Below, piece after piece: positions 39,315-50,119 of a stretch of 64,000 bases of DNA. The stretch covers positions 24,088-88,087 of the forward strand of contig JAUXAD010000001.1 of NCBI GenBank assembly GCA_030620045.1. Direction: 5' to 3'. Numbering within the stretch: position 1 is the first letter of the stretch; each line of letters starts with the position of its first letter. The translations under genes and the position numbers were made by a program. Origin of the DNA: an archaeon (GTDB lineage Archaea; Nanobdellota; Nanobdellia; Pacearchaeales; GW2011-AR1). The notes under the pieces were generated by a model. It ran no database searches. It had not been told where the DNA came from and saw only the letters and a list, made by a program, of their open reading frames with translations.

Positions 39315-40397
39315 TATCCATGGAAATTCCCTGACAGCTCTTATTACAAAAATATTTTAAATTTCCCCCCAGAAAACATCGAGTTTATTAACTATAAAAA
39401 ATCTTTATCAAAGAAGATGGAAGTAATCGGATCTTCAAAAAAATTCGAAGTTATGAGAAGATTGAAAAATTTCTTGCGCAAAATTTTAAGATTTTTGAGC
39501 TTACCAAATTTAACCTACTCTTTCAATAAAGATTGTGACATGATTCATTGTGCACACTGTTTAAGTTTAAACAAAAAATCTTGGGTTGTGGATACAGAAG
39601 TTTATGATCGTGTTACAGCTGGAGGGTATATTGCCTATTCAAGATTAGGAAGATGGATAATAAAAAACAGACTTGAAAGTGGACATTGTAAAAAGATAAT
39701 TGCATGGTCTGAAGATTGTAAAAAAACTTTTGAGGAAGCATTTCCAAACAATAAAAAAATTTTAGATAAATTAGAGATATTACAATTTGCATTACCTATC
39801 CCAAAATTTAAAAAAATCCCGCACAAAAATTTAAGAATTCTTTTTGTCGCAAGATGGTTCGACGCAAAAGGTGGAAGACAAACACTAGAGGTATTTGAGA
39901 GGTTGTCAAAAAAATACAAAAACATAGAATGTTTGTTTATATGTTCAACTCCAAAAAAATTCAAAGATAAATATTCAAAAAACAAAAAAATAAAGATAAT
40001 GGATTTAATTCCTCAGGGAAAATTATTCAAAGAGATTTATCCTTCTTATGATATCTTTTTTTACCCTGGATTTGGTGATTCTTATGGTTTTGCAGTGCCT
40101 GAAGCCTTATCTTATGGCATTCCAGTTATATCAACAAATACTTTTGCAAAAAAAGAGCTTATCAGAGAAGGAAAAACAGGTTTTCTCATTGACTTGCCAA
40201 AAGGATGGAAAGGTTACTTTGATATGAATGAAGAATTTCTTAAGGAACTAACTGAAAAAACTTCTTTATTAATTGAAAACAAACAATTAATAGAAAAAAT
40301 GAGCAGAAACGCAGTTAAGGAAGCAAAAGAAAAATTCTCAATAGAAAAAAGAAATGAGAAATTAAGAAAAATTTATGAAGAATCTTTAAAAAATTAA
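39285..40397 (+). CDS. glycosyltransferase family 4/1 (GT-B)
   Basis: GDSYGFAVPEALSYGIPVISTN. Confidence 0.65.
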   Translation: MQKKIRVHLQYPWKFPDSSYYKNILNFPPENIEFINYKKSLSKKMEVIGSSKKFEVMRRLKNFLRKILRFLSLPNLTYSFNKDCDMIHCAHCLSLNKKSWVVDTEVYDRVTAGGYIAYSRLGRWIIKNRLESGHCKKIIAWSEDCKKTFEEAFPNNKKILDKLEILQFALPIPKFKKIPHKNLRILFVARWFDAKGGRQTLEVFERLSKKYKNIECLFICSTPKKFKDKYSKNKKIKIMDLIPQGKLFKEIYPSYDIFFYPGFGDSYGFAVPEALSYGIPVISTNTFAKKELIREGKTGFLIDLPKGWKGYFDMNEEFLKELTEKTSLLIENKQLIEKMSRNAVKEAKEKFSIEKRNEKLRKIYEESLKN

Positions 40398-40993
40398 ATT
40401 ATTCCTTTTTCCCTAGCTTTAATTCCATCTCCTCCAAAATTGTCTCTTCTTTTTCTTAATGCTAAGACAATCCAACAATGTGGATAAAAAAACCCTATCC
40501 CTTTCCATCTTCTTCGAGTTTGAATAACCTTATATTCAAACCCTAATTTGTTAACTTGGTTTGTGATTTCTTTTAATTTCCATCTGCAAACATGGTGGTG
40601 TGTTGGCCAAATTTCTGTATATGGAACAGAGATATAACAAATCCCATCATCCTCCAATAAGTCATACACTTGAGCCATTAAATAAAGAGGATTTTTAATG
40701 TGCTCTAAGACTTCAGTTAAAAATATTGTTTTATACCCTTTTTTAATAGGCAATTTTTTTGTTATATCTACTTTTATATATTTGTGATTAAATTTGGGTT
40801 CTTTTGGAACATTTAAGTCAATGATGGTTGCCTCTTTTATCCCCTGTGATTCTAAAAAAGAACCATCCCCTCCCCCAATATCTAAAATAGGTTCTCTAGC
40901 ATAAAATTTGAAATTTTCATAGCGCTGTTTATATCCTTCTAAAATCTTTTTATTAGATTCTTCCAAAATAATATTAATACTTTTCTTTGACAT
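40394..40993 (-). CDS. class I SAM-dependent methyltransferase
   Basis: ILDIGGGDGSF ... IIDLN ... LTEVLEHI. Confidence 0.6.
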   Translation of the reverse strand: MSKKSINIILEESNKKILEGYKQRYENFKFYAREPILDIGGGDGSFLESQGIKEATIIDLNVPKEPKFNHKYIKVDITKKLPIKKGYKTIFLTEVLEHIKNPLYLMAQVYDLLEDDGICYISVPYTEIWPTHHHVCRWKLKEITNQVNKLGFEYKVIQTRRRWKGIGFFYPHCWIVLALRKRRDNFGGDGIKAREKGII

Positions 40994-42374
40994 TTTTCAA
41001 ATCTCCATCTTTCTTAATATCCTTTCTCTTACTAATAATTAATCCTCCAAGATAAAAAAACTGGCTTATTATTGTTGCAGTTGCTGCTCCAAATGTTGCT
41101 GCAAGATTTCCATATTTTAATAAAGAGGTAATTAAAATGTAATTAAGAGCTATATTAATTAAAGTAGAAATTATCAATAACTTTGCTATCACTTGAGGTT
41201 TGCCTTTGGACATAAAATAAACTGTATATATTCCAATTAGAGGCCATGCTATTAGCAATAAAGACAATAATCTTAAGATGTTTATTGCTTGATTATACTC
41301 TGGGCCATAGATAATTGAAACTGCAAAAGGAGCCAATAAAATGGTTCCTAGAAACAAAATAATTGATATTGGCAAAATAATTCTTAGAGACTTTTTTAGC
41401 CCTTCTTGAAGCCTCTTTTTTCTTAATCTGCTAAATATTGGTAATAGAACAGCACCAAATCCTGTTAGAGAAGCCACTGCTCCTGCCAGACTTAAAGCAA
41501 CAGTATAATAACCTATAAATTCGACAAGAATAAAATAACCCAACATAATCTTATCAATATAACTGAAGAACAGACCGGAAAATACTGTGGCTGACATTGC
41601 CAATAAAAATTTATTAGCTTTTTTATTTTGCCTTGGTGTAAGCTTTGATTTTTTTGTTTTAATAAAATCTGTTCTTTTTATTGAAATATACCCTGTGAAT
41701 AAAGATATAAATAAATAAGAAATTGAGAGAAATAAAATTATATAAAATAGAATATATTCATAAGAGAGAGAATATTTTAAGGCAAGCAAAATTGCTAATG
41801 GCACTAAAATAATTCTTGAAATTTGAAATAAAATTTCTTTATAAAAAATTCCTCTGAAATAATTTGAAGCTTGTAAAATTGAACTAAAAAAATTTACTAT
41901 CCCCATAAATAGTATATAAAAAGAACCTGCAATTAATGCCAAAAAAATAGGTTTTTGATAAAAAACATCTGAAATGAATTTTGATGAAAAAATTAAGATT
42001 GAAATTGAGATAAATACCAAAATTAATTTTATTTTGCCAAAATAAATCACATAAGCCTTTGCTCTTTTTTTATTTCTTTTTCCAAGTTCCTTGGAAACAA
42101 ACCTAACCACAGCCCCCCCAATTCCAATATCAGAAAATACTGTAAATAAAAGAATTGTACTCAAAGCTAAACTGTACAATCCAAAAAGTTCTGGCATCAA
42201 AAGTCTTGCTAAAATAATTGTAAAAATTAAAGAGCCAATTTTTCCTATTAAAGTTGTAGAAAATTGATATACACTATTTTTAACTGCTAAACCCGTATTG
42301 CCAGAGAAATCTTTTTTCTTTATCCTCTCCAAAATTTCCATGAAATCTTTTTTCTCTTCTTTAATAATTTTCAT
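40974..42374 (-). CDS. Wzx-like oligosaccharide flippase (polysaccharide biosynthesis protein family)
   Basis: 466 aa, about 12-14 TM helices, MATE-like flippase pattern. Confidence 0.7.
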   Translation of the reverse strand: MKIIKEEKKDFMEILERIKKKDFSGNTGLAVKNSVYQFSTTLIGKIGSLIFTIILARLLMPELFGLYSLALSTILLFTVFSDIGIGGAVVRFVSKELGKRNKKRAKAYVIYFGKIKLILVFISISILIFSSKFISDVFYQKPIFLALIAGSFYILFMGIVNFFSSILQASNYFRGIFYKEILFQISRIILVPLAILLALKYSLSYEYILFYIILFLSISYLFISLFTGYISIKRTDFIKTKKSKLTPRQNKKANKFLLAMSATVFSGLFFSYIDKIMLGYFILVEFIGYYTVALSLAGAVASLTGFGAVLLPIFSRLRKKRLQEGLKKSLRIILPISIILFLGTILLAPFAVSIIYGPEYNQAINILRLLSLLLIAWPLIGIYTVYFMSKGKPQVIAKLLIISTLINIALNYILITSLLKYGNLAATFGAATATIISQFFYLGGLIISKRKDIKKDGDLKNVKEKY

Positions 42375-42416
42375 AGAATTAGTAAATAAATTCTCTTTTT
42401 ATTTCTTCCTAAAAAT

Positions 42417-42725
42417 TTATTCTTTTTCTTTTAATACCTGTTTTTCTATCCAATTATAAGTCTTTGTTAATCCTTCTTTCATACTTATTTCTGGTTCCAA
42501 TCCATATAATTTCTTAAATAAAGTATTACCATAATTTCTTCCTCTAACGCCTTCATATCCTTCTATGTGTTTATATTTTATTTCAAATAGGCAACATCAC
42601 AAATTATATCTGCTAATTGATTTATGCTAACTATATCCTCCCTTTCTAAATTTATTGGCTTGTTATTTTGTCCATTCATCATTAATCCTTTAAGACAATC
42701 ACCTATATAATAAAAACTTCTTGTT
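42417..42725 (-). pseudogene. 3'-terminal remnant of an NAD-dependent epimerase/dehydratase gene (frameshifted)
   Basis: Reverse translation gives NQTRSFYYIGDCLKGL ... INLG and, in another frame, GVRGRNYGNTLFKKLYGLEPEISMKEGLTKTYNWIEKQ (typical epimerase C-terminus). No N-terminal part is present. Confidence 0.5.
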
Positions 42726-42782
42726 TGATTTCAAAAAACACAGAATAATAATCTTTAAAAATACTGATAAATAAAAAGATAT

Positions 42783-43856
42783 ATGAAAAAAATAGCACTT
42801 ATTACAGGCATAACAGGGCAAGATGGAAGTTATCTTGCAGAATTTCTTTTAAATAAAGGATATGAGGTATATGGTATAATTAGGAGAGCTTCTACTTTTA
42901 ATACTCCCAGGCTTGATCATATTTATAAAGACCCTCATGTTCCAGATAATCATTTGCATTTGATTTATGGAGATTTATCAGATACAAGCTCAATCAATAA
43001 AATAATCAGAAAAGTAAAACCTGATGAAATATATAATCTCGGAGCTCAAAGTCATGTAAGGGTAAGCTTTGATATTCCCGAATATACTTCAGACATTGAT
43101 GCTCTTGGAACTCTGCGAATATTAGAAGCTTTAAGGCAAGAAGGAATGATTAATAAAATTAAATTTTATCAAGCATCTACCTCTGAATTATTTGGAGAAA
43201 TACAAGAAACAGCTCAAACAGAAAAAACTCCATTTTACCCCAAAAGCCCTTATGGATGTGCAAAATTATATGCTTTTTGGATTACCAAGAATTACCGGGA
43301 AAGTTATGGAATGTTCGCATGCAATGGGATTTTGTTTAATCATGAATCCCCAAGAAGAGGAGAAACATTTGTAACAAAAAAAATAACTCATGCAGTTGTC
43401 CGTATTAAAGAAGGTATTCAAGATTGTCTTTACCTGGGAAATTTAGATGCCAAAAGGGACTGGGGACATTCAAAAGATTCTATTGAGGCTATATGGTTAA
43501 TATTACAACAGGATAAGCCAGATGATTACATTATTGCAACTGGAGAGACTCATTCAGTCAGAGAGTTTCTTGAAGAAGCTTTTAAAGTAGCAGGCATTGA
43601 AATAGAAAGTAATGATAAAAAAGGGGTTGAAGAAGAATATATTAGAAAAGATAATGGCAGAGTAGTTGTTAAGATTGATCCAAAATATTATAGACCAGCA
43701 GAAGTAGGTTTTCTCTGTGGAGATTCTTCAAAAGCTCAAAGAGAATTAAACTGGAAACCTAAAATATTTTTTAAAGATCTTGTTAAAGAGATGGTTGAAT
43801 ATGATACTAAGGAGTTATTAAAGGAGCTTTATGGAACAAAAAATAGCCAGGAGTGA
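42783..43856 (+). CDS. gmd: GDP-mannose 4,6-dehydratase
   Basis: [21 protein letters not shown] ... [12 protein letters not shown] ... [10 protein letters not shown]. Confidence 0.9.
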   Translation: MKKIALITGITGQDGSYLAEFLLNKGYEVYGIIRRASTFNTPRLDHIYKDPHVPDNHLHLIYGDLSDTSSINKIIRKVKPDEIYNLGAQSHVRVSFDIPEYTSDIDALGTLRILEALRQEGMINKIKFYQASTSELFGEIQETAQTEKTPFYPKSPYGCAKLYAFWITKNYRESYGMFACNGILFNHESPRRGETFVTKKITHAVVRIKEGIQDCLYLGNLDAKRDWGHSKDSIEAIWLILQQDKPDDYIIATGETHSVREFLEEAFKVAGIEIESNDKKGVEEEYIRKDNGRVVVKIDPKYYRPAEVGFLCGDSSKAQRELNWKPKIFFKDLVKEMVEYDTKELLKELYGTKNSQE

Positions 43857-44787
43857 GAAATCTGATTTTTGGCATGATAAAAAAGTAGTTGTAACTGGTG
43901 GAAAAGGTTTTTTAGGAAGTTATTTAATTGAATTATTAAAAGAAAAAAAACCAAAAGAGATTATTATTCCTAAACATTCTGAATATGATTTTGTTAATTT
44001 TGAGGATTGTAATAAAATAACAAAAAATGCAGATGTTGTAATTCATTTAGCGGCCAAAGTTGGAGGCATTGGTTTTAATCAAGAAAAATCAGGAGAATTA
44101 TTTTATGATAACTTAATGATGGGGGTTCAATTAATAGAATGTGCGAGAAGAAATAATGTTTTCAAATTTATTGCTATTGGGACAATTTGTGCATATCCCA
44201 AATTTACTTCTGTTCCTTTTAAAGAAGAAGATTTATGGGAAGGGTATCCTGAAAAAACAAATGCCCCATATGGTTTAGCTAAAAAAATGATGTTAGTTCA
44301 AAGCCAAGCATACAGATCTCAATATGGTTTTAATTCAATATTTTTATTGCCTGTAAATTTATACGGACCAGGAGATAATTTTGATCCTAAATCCAGCCAT
44401 GTTATTCCTGCATTAATTAAAAGAATGGTTGAGGCTAAGGAAAGAGGTTTAGAAGAAGTTGAAATATGGGGAAGTGGAAAAGCTTCAAGAGAGTTTCTTT
44501 ATGTAGAAGATTGTGCTGAAGGAATTTTAAAAGCTACAGAAAAATATAATAAATCAAATCCTGTAAATTTAGGATCTGGATCTGAGATTACAATTAAAGA
44601 TTTAGCATATAAGATCAAAGAATTAACAGAATTTGAGGGAAATCTGAGGTGGAATTTAGAAAAACCAGATGGCCAGCTAAGAAGATGCTTGGATACCTCT
44701 AAAGCAGAAAAAGAATTTGGATTTAAAGCAAAAACAAGTTTTGATGAAGGGTTAAAAAAGACTATTTATTGGTATACTTCTCAGTAA
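43831..44787 (+). CDS. fcl: GDP-L-fucose synthase (GDP-4-keto-6-deoxymannose epimerase/reductase)
   Basis: [12 protein letters not shown] ... [10 protein letters not shown]; immediately follows gmd. Confidence 0.8.
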   Translation: MEQKIARSEKSDFWHDKKVVVTGGKGFLGSYLIELLKEKKPKEIIIPKHSEYDFVNFEDCNKITKNADVVIHLAAKVGGIGFNQEKSGELFYDNLMMGVQLIECARRNNVFKFIAIGTICAYPKFTSVPFKEEDLWEGYPEKTNAPYGLAKKMMLVQSQAYRSQYGFNSIFLLPVNLYGPGDNFDPKSSHVIPALIKRMVEAKERGLEEVEIWGSGKASREFLYVEDCAEGILKATEKYNKSNPVNLGSGSEITIKDLAYKIKELTEFEGNLRWNLEKPDGQLRRCLDTSKAEKEFGFKAKTSFDEGLKKTIYWYTSQ

Positions 44788-44826
44788 GTTTTAATTTTTT
44801 GCGTTTAAAAAAATCATTGCTCTTTT

Positions 44827-45762
44827 TCATATTATCTTCTCAAAATAATCTATTGTCCTTTTTAATCCTTCTTCTAAATTAATTATTGGTTTCCAGTCTA
44901 AAGTTTCTTTTGCAAGAGAAATATCTGGTTTTCTTCTTACTGGATCGTCTTCAGGTAAATTTTTATAGATTATCTTTGATTCTGAATTAGATAATTTTAT
45001 TACTTTTTCAGCTAAATCTAAAATTGTAAATTCTCCAGGGTTTCCAAGATTTACTGGGTTAATGTAATCTGAATTCATTAATTTATGTAATCCTTTAATT
45101 AAATCATCAACATAACAAAAACTTCTTGTTTGACTTCCCTTTCCATAGATTGTTAATGGTTTATTCTTTAAAGATTGAGTAATAAAATTAGATACAACTC
45201 TTCCATCATCTTTATCCATATTTGGACCATAAGTATTGAAAATTCTCGCCATTCTTATTGGAAGTTTATATTTTCGATGATAATCCATAAACAAAGTCTC
45301 TGCCACTCTTTTCCCCTCATCATAACATGCTCTTGGACCTAAAGTGTTTACATTTCCTTTATAAGATTCTTTTTGTGGATGCTCTAAGGGATCTCCATAA
45401 ATTTCAGAAGTAGATGCTTGTAAAACAGTTGCACCATTTAATTTTGCAAATTCTAAAACATTAATAACTCCTTGAGTATTAGCTTTAATTGTTTCTATTG
45501 GATCAAATTGATAATGAATTGGCGAAGCAGGACATGCTAAATTATATATTTGATCTACATCACCAATTAAATCCACAGGAAAAGGATTTATTACATCGTG
45601 GGGGATTACTTTAAATTTGGGATTTTCTAAAAGAGGTTTAATGTTATCTCTATTTCCTGTAAAAAAATTATCAAGACAAATGACTTCATTCCCCATTTCT
45701 AATAAGAATTTACAAAGATAACTTCCAAGAAATCCTGCTCCCCCAGTAACTAATATTTTCAT
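44827..45762 (-). CDS. UDP-glucuronate decarboxylase (UDP-xylose synthase)
   Basis: [14 protein letters not shown] ... [14 protein letters not shown] ... HDV signature. Confidence 0.8.
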   Translation of the reverse strand: MKILVTGGAGFLGSYLCKFLLEMGNEVICLDNFFTGNRDNIKPLLENPKFKVIPHDVINPFPVDLIGDVDQIYNLACPASPIHYQFDPIETIKANTQGVINVLEFAKLNGATVLQASTSEIYGDPLEHPQKESYKGNVNTLGPRACYDEGKRVAETLFMDYHRKYKLPIRMARIFNTYGPNMDKDDGRVVSNFITQSLKNKPLTIYGKGSQTRSFCYVDDLIKGLHKLMNSDYINPVNLGNPGEFTILDLAEKVIKLSNSESKIIYKNLPEDDPVRRKPDISLAKETLDWKPIINLEEGLKRTIDYFEKII

Positions 45763-46610
45763 TTTTCTTTTTCAAATTTTTTATTTTCAGAAGTTGCTCC
45801 TAGAATTTTTAACCAATCTTTATTTTTTCTTAATCTTTCATTTGTTTTCCAAATTTCTTCGAGTAGATATGGTCTATACATATGTTCTCTCGCTAAATAA
45901 ATTAAAGCATTCAAATCTTTTGGAAAACATTTCCCTCCAAATCCTAAATCTCCATCTGGTCCTGGCACTTCAATATTCCTAGCAATTCTTTTATCCATCA
46001 AAAGAGTATCTTTAACAGTACCGTAATCCACCTCTACTGCATTACAAATCTGATAAATTTCATTTGCAAGAGCTATTTGTCCTACTAACATAGCGTTTGA
46101 AGCATACTTTATCATTTCTGCTGTTTTTCTATTTACATGGATATATTTCGCATCTGGAAAAACTGGCTCATATATTTGTTTAACTTTTTTATAGTCCTCT
46201 TCTCTATTTGCTCCTATTATAATCCTATTCGTGTTTAACATATCATCCAGAGCATGCTTTTGTCTCAAAAATTCTGGATTAGATACAAAATTAAAAGGAT
46301 ATTCTTCCTCAAGTTTATTTGTTGTTCCTGGAACCACTGTTGAACGTATTACTACTAAAGGTTTTGTTTCGTTATCTTTAGTTATTTCTAATAATATCTT
46401 CACAGAATCATAAATTGCAGAAAGATCAATTTCTCCTCTTGGCTTTTGGGGTGTTGGAACACAAATAAAAACAACTTCTGCATTTTTCAGTTTAGAAAGA
46501 TCTTTATATTCTTTTTTATATTTATCATAAGGTAAAATTTCGTGAGCTTTTTCTAGCGTTTTAGCTGTTGTTCCTCCAACAAAACCCATACCAATAATTC
46601 CGATTTTCAT
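45759..46610 (-). CDS. UDP-glucose/GDP-mannose dehydrogenase-family protein lacking the C-terminal UDP-binding domain
   Basis: N-terminal NAD-binding domain and the central [10 protein letters not shown] catalytic-Cys region are present. The protein ends after about 283 aa where the C-terminal UDP-binding domain would begin. Confidence 0.6.
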   Translation of the reverse strand: MKIGIIGMGFVGGTTAKTLEKAHEILPYDKYKKEYKDLSKLKNAEVVFICVPTPQKPRGEIDLSAIYDSVKILLEITKDNETKPLVVIRSTVVPGTTNKLEEEYPFNFVSNPEFLRQKHALDDMLNTNRIIIGANREEDYKKVKQIYEPVFPDAKYIHVNRKTAEMIKYASNAMLVGQIALANEIYQICNAVEVDYGTVKDTLLMDKRIARNIEVPGPDGDLGFGGKCFPKDLNALIYLAREHMYRPYLLEEIWKTNERLRKNKDWLKILGATSENKKFEKEK

Positions 46611-46659
46611 ATTTATCTCTTCTATTTTAAAGTTTAAAAGAATTTATGTAATGAAAACA

Positions 46660-48180
46660 TTATTCTTCAATCTTCTTCACCATGTCTGTAAATGCAGGCC
46701 TTGTAATTAAGACTCCTGCTGTGATTCCTATTATTGTTGTGATTGCAAATCCTTTGAATAATCCTGCAACTGCCCAATATAATGGGATTAGTGCTGCTAG
46801 TGCAGTAAAATATGCTCCTAAAATAATTGCGAAAGCTCTTTTCATTCTTTGTTTTATGCTTAAAAATATGCTTTGTTTTGCCTCATCTAGAATAATAATC
46901 TGACTATCAATCCCTGTACCAATAGCCGCCAAAATTCCTGCAATACTTGGCAAGTCAAGGTCCCATTTTATTAAAGAGGCCACCCCCAAAATTATAATTA
47001 TTTCAGAAATACTTGTAATTAGTAAAGCAAATGAAGATTTTAATTTTTTATATCTAATAGATATAATTATTGAAACTGCCAGAAGTGCTGCAAGCCCTGC
47101 CAAGAAAATAGTTCTCGTAAATTCTTTTCCTAAGGTTGGAGAAATTGTATCTAACTTAACAATCTCAAGTTTAAATGGCAAACTTCCAGTAATCAAAACT
47201 GTTTGAAGCTGTTTCATCTCTTCTTCAGCATTTTTTATTGCATCATCTTTGGTCTCTCCAGATTCAGAACCAGAAATTTGAACTTGTGTTGTTACTCTCC
47301 CTTTTAACCCCTCACCAATTTGTAAACTATTTACAAGTTTATCATCTAAATAAAAATCAATAGTTTTTTCAAGATATTCTGGATTAGAAGAATTTATAGG
47401 AATGTCTTCAGTTATCCCTCCAAATCTTGTTGCAGCCGCTTCACTTAGATAAATTGTGAATCTAAAATTGCAAAAATGTCTTTGTTGAGCTTGATCACAA
47501 GAATATATCCCTGCATCTTGACCTGATCTTGCGACAGAAGTAATATCTTTTTCTCCTCCATAGAAAACAGTTTCATTTCCTATCTTAGCTTCAAATTTCC
47601 CTTGTTCAGAGATTAATTTTTCTAAATCCTGGGGTGTTGCTCCTGCGATTTCAATTAACATAAAATTATTTCCAGCCAAATCTGAAATAGGACGAATATT
47701 CATATCTGCGATTCCATAAACATTAAATCTGTTATTAGTAATTGCGACTAAATCATTGACCTCGCTTGAAGAAAGTTTTTTGTCCTGCGCTTGGACTAAT
47801 GCTCTTGAGCCACCGGACAAATCTAAACCTGTTTTAATATTTGTTTGAGGAATCTCTGAAACAATTATTTCTGGTGCTGTTTTTGAATAAAGAATATATT
47901 CTGCATTTTTTGTTTTAAAAATAGTTTTTACATTTTCATTAGTATTGAATTTCCTTTGAATAATTTGTGAAAAGTCTTCTATACTCTCTATCTTTTGCCC
48001 ATCAACTTCTGTAATTACCTGCCCTGATCTCAATCCTTGTTCAAAGGCTGTTGAGTTTGATTTCACACTTATTACCAAAACACCCTTCTGAAGAAATGTG
48101 GGGGTTACAAAAATAGAAACAAGAGACAAAGCTACGACAATTATCAATAACCAGATCTTCCATGTAAATTTAAGTTTCAT
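46660..48180 (-). CDS. secD: protein-export membrane protein SecD
   Basis: Large periplasmic domain plus six C-terminal TM helices; follows secF. Confidence 0.8.
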   Translation of the reverse strand: MKLKFTWKIWLLIIVVALSLVSIFVTPTFLQKGVLVISVKSNSTAFEQGLRSGQVITEVDGQKIESIEDFSQIIQRKFNTNENVKTIFKTKNAEYILYSKTAPEIIVSEIPQTNIKTGLDLSGGSRALVQAQDKKLSSSEVNDLVAITNNRFNVYGIADMNIRPISDLAGNNFMLIEIAGATPQDLEKLISEQGKFEAKIGNETVFYGGEKDITSVARSGQDAGIYSCDQAQQRHFCNFRFTIYLSEAAATRFGGITEDIPINSSNPEYLEKTIDFYLDDKLVNSLQIGEGLKGRVTTQVQISGSESGETKDDAIKNAEEEMKQLQTVLITGSLPFKLEIVKLDTISPTLGKEFTRTIFLAGLAALLAVSIIISIRYKKLKSSFALLITSISEIIIILGVASLIKWDLDLPSIAGILAAIGTGIDSQIIILDEAKQSIFLSIKQRMKRAFAIILGAYFTALAALIPLYWAVAGLFKGFAITTIIGITAGVLITRPAFTDMVKKIEE

Positions 48181-49070
48181 TTTTTTCTTTTAACATACCA
48201 TTTAAGTATCGAAACATTTGTTATCCAGGTGTTAAGGAGGTCAAATCCTAAACCGATAGCAAGTATTGTGAAAATTTGGGTCAGAACAACTGAAAAAGAA
48301 CTTACAACAATTAAAGCGAAAATTACAGCTAAAAGGGAGGTTAAGGTCATGGTTGTTCCTGTTTTGAATGCTCCAAAAATTCTTTTGTTTAATGAACCTT
48401 CTTCTCTTTTCAGAATTCTTGTTGTAAGTAAAATATCTGTATCTACCGAATAACCTATTAACATTAAAAATGCGACAATTCCTGCGCTTGACATTTGAAT
48501 TCCTAATATGTTGACTAAAACTAAAGTCATCAAAATGTCAGCAAATGCCGCCAGAATAACTGCAACAGATGGAACAAATGTTCTGAAAATAATAAAAACA
48601 ACTATTGCCATGAAAACAAATGCAAACAAAATTGCGATTAAAAGTTGCTGGTAAAAACTTTCGCTTAAACTTGAACCTGTAAATTCAAAACTTGCGTTTT
48701 CACCGTCGATTAATTCATATCCTAAATAATCTTCAATGGCTTGTTTTGTTTGATTTTTTGGAGATTTTGTTTCAATTATAGTTGCTGTTTGTTCTCTTGT
48801 TATTAAATCATAAATTTCTCTTGTATTGATATCCTCAAGTTTTTCTGAAAGAGTTTGTTTTAAATCAGCTATATCAATTTTTTCATTAATTGTTACAGAA
48901 GTTCCGCCTGTTAAAGAAATATCTTTGTAGAGAAAGTCTTGATTCTTTGAATAAAACATCCCCATATAAACTAAAGAAAAAAGTAAAAGCGCTATTGGGA
49001 TTATCAATAATAATTTATAGTATTTATCGTGAAACTTTCCGAATTTATTTTGTTTGTTTTCTTCTTCCAT
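48177..49070 (-). CDS. secF: protein-export membrane protein SecF
   Basis: 297 aa; one N-terminal TM helix, a loop, and five TM helices. Confidence 0.8.
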   Translation of the reverse strand: MEEENKQNKFGKFHDKYYKLLLIIPIALLLFSLVYMGMFYSKNQDFLYKDISLTGGTSVTINEKIDIADLKQTLSEKLEDINTREIYDLITREQTATIIETKSPKNQTKQAIEDYLGYELIDGENASFEFTGSSLSESFYQQLLIAILFAFVFMAIVVFIIFRTFVPSVAVILAAFADILMTLVLVNILGIQMSSAGIVAFLMLIGYSVDTDILLTTRILKREEGSLNKRIFGAFKTGTTMTLTSLLAVIFALIVVSSFSVVLTQIFTILAIGLGFDLLNTWITNVSILKWYVKRKK

Positions 49071-49078
49071 TTGTGATA

Positions 49079-49149
49079 TGCGCCGGTCGGGATTCGAACC
49101 CGAGTCATCTGCTTGGAAGGCAGAGATTCTGCCACTGAACTACCAGCGC
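49079..49149 (-). tRNA. tRNA-Gly (anticodon UCC)
   Basis: Reverse complement GCGCTGGTAGTTCAGTGGCAGAATCTCTGCCTTCCAAGCAGATGACTCGGGTTCGAATCCCGACCGGCGCA folds as a cloverleaf. The anticodon loop is CTTCCAA. Confidence 0.8.
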
Positions 49150-49190
49150 AATAAAATTATTACTTGAATCTTGTTTAATAAAGTTTGCGA

Positions 49191-49264
49191 CGCCCTTGAT
49201 AGGATTTGAACCTACGACCCCTTCCTTAGGAGGGAAGTGCTCTGTCCAGCTGAGCTACAAGGGC
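49191..49264 (-). tRNA. tRNA-Arg (anticodon CCU)
   Basis: Reverse complement GCCCTTGTAGCTCAGCTGGACAGAGCACTTCCCTCCTAAGGAAGGGGTCGTAGGTTCAAATCCTATCAAGGGCG; the anticodon loop is CTCCTAA. Confidence 0.8.
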
Positions 49265-49266
49265 AA

Positions 49267-49350
49267 TGCGGAAGGAAGGATTCGAACCCACGTAAGCACT
49301 AAGCTAACAGATTTTGAGTCTGTCCCGTTTGACCACTCCGGCACTTCCGC
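49267..49350 (-). tRNA. tRNA-Leu (anticodon CAA), long variable arm
   Basis: Reverse complement GCGGAAGTGCCGGAGTGGTCAAACGGGACAGACTCAAAATCTGTTAGCTTAGTGCTTACGTGGGTTCGAATCCTTCCTTCCGCA. The anticodon loop is CTCAAAA. Confidence 0.8.
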
Positions 49351-49395
49351 ATAAAAATAATATCATATTCGACTTTTAAAATATATCTTTTAGAA

Positions 49396-50118
49396 TTATT
49401 TACTAATCTTCTTTGAGACTCCAGCAAGGTCTTTTTTCAAAACTTCTATAGATTTCTTGAAAATTTCTTCAATAGTCAATTGACCAAAGGATTCTAAAGT
49501 AATTACCAACTCTTTTGTTGGAATAAGTTTTATTGAATCCTTTCCTTTCTTTTCACATACTTCCACGCAAGCTTCACACATATCACATTTATAATTATCC
49601 TCAACAACTATTTTCCCATTTTCTGGCTTCAAGATTTTTTGCGGGCAGACATTAATAACTTCCTGCGGACAATCTTTATCTATTTTCACATCAGCAACAT
49701 TTCTATAAAACATTATTCCTGGAGAAAACTTTGAATGTTTATCTCCTTTCCCGACTTTTGCCGTTGCAACAATTTCTAATTCTTGTCCTTTTTTTAAAGA
49801 TGTTATTGGGATTTTATCATAAACAACTTTTAATCCTCCAGTCAACTCTCCAGAATAAACTATTCCTTCTTTTTTTGAGCTTAATCTAAGCTTAACAGTT
49901 GTCTTTTCATTTACTAATTTGTCAGCCTTTAAGGGAATCAATCCTATCCTATGAGCAATTGTTTCATCATATAAAGGAGAATCATTTTTCGAAATTTCTA
50001 CTTCATCAACAGCAATTGTTGGGACTTGGTTCAAATATCTTCGTAAGGCATTTGCTAAACTTTCATCTATTTCCGCTGCAAATACAATTTGATTATCTTT
50101 TTTCCCCATTAGTTTCAT
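49396..50118 (-). CDS. rpoD: DNA-directed RNA polymerase subunit D (Rpo3) with ferredoxin-like 4-Cys cluster
   Basis: ESLANALRR motif; CDMCEACVEVC cluster. The track ORF extends to 50187, but Met24 (MKLMG) abuts the rps11 stop, so the start is placed at 50118. Confidence 0.85.
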   Translation of the reverse strand: MKLMGKKDNQIVFAAEIDESLANALRRYLNQVPTIAVDEVEISKNDSPLYDETIAHRIGLIPLKADKLVNEKTTVKLRLSSKKEGIVYSGELTGGLKVVYDKIPITSLKKGQELEIVATAKVGKGDKHSKFSPGIMFYRNVADVKIDKDCPQEVINVCPQKILKPENGKIVVEDNYKCDMCEACVEVCEKKGKDSIKLIPTKELVITLESFGQLTIEEIFKKSIEVLKKDLAGVSKKISK

Positions 50119-50119
50119 T

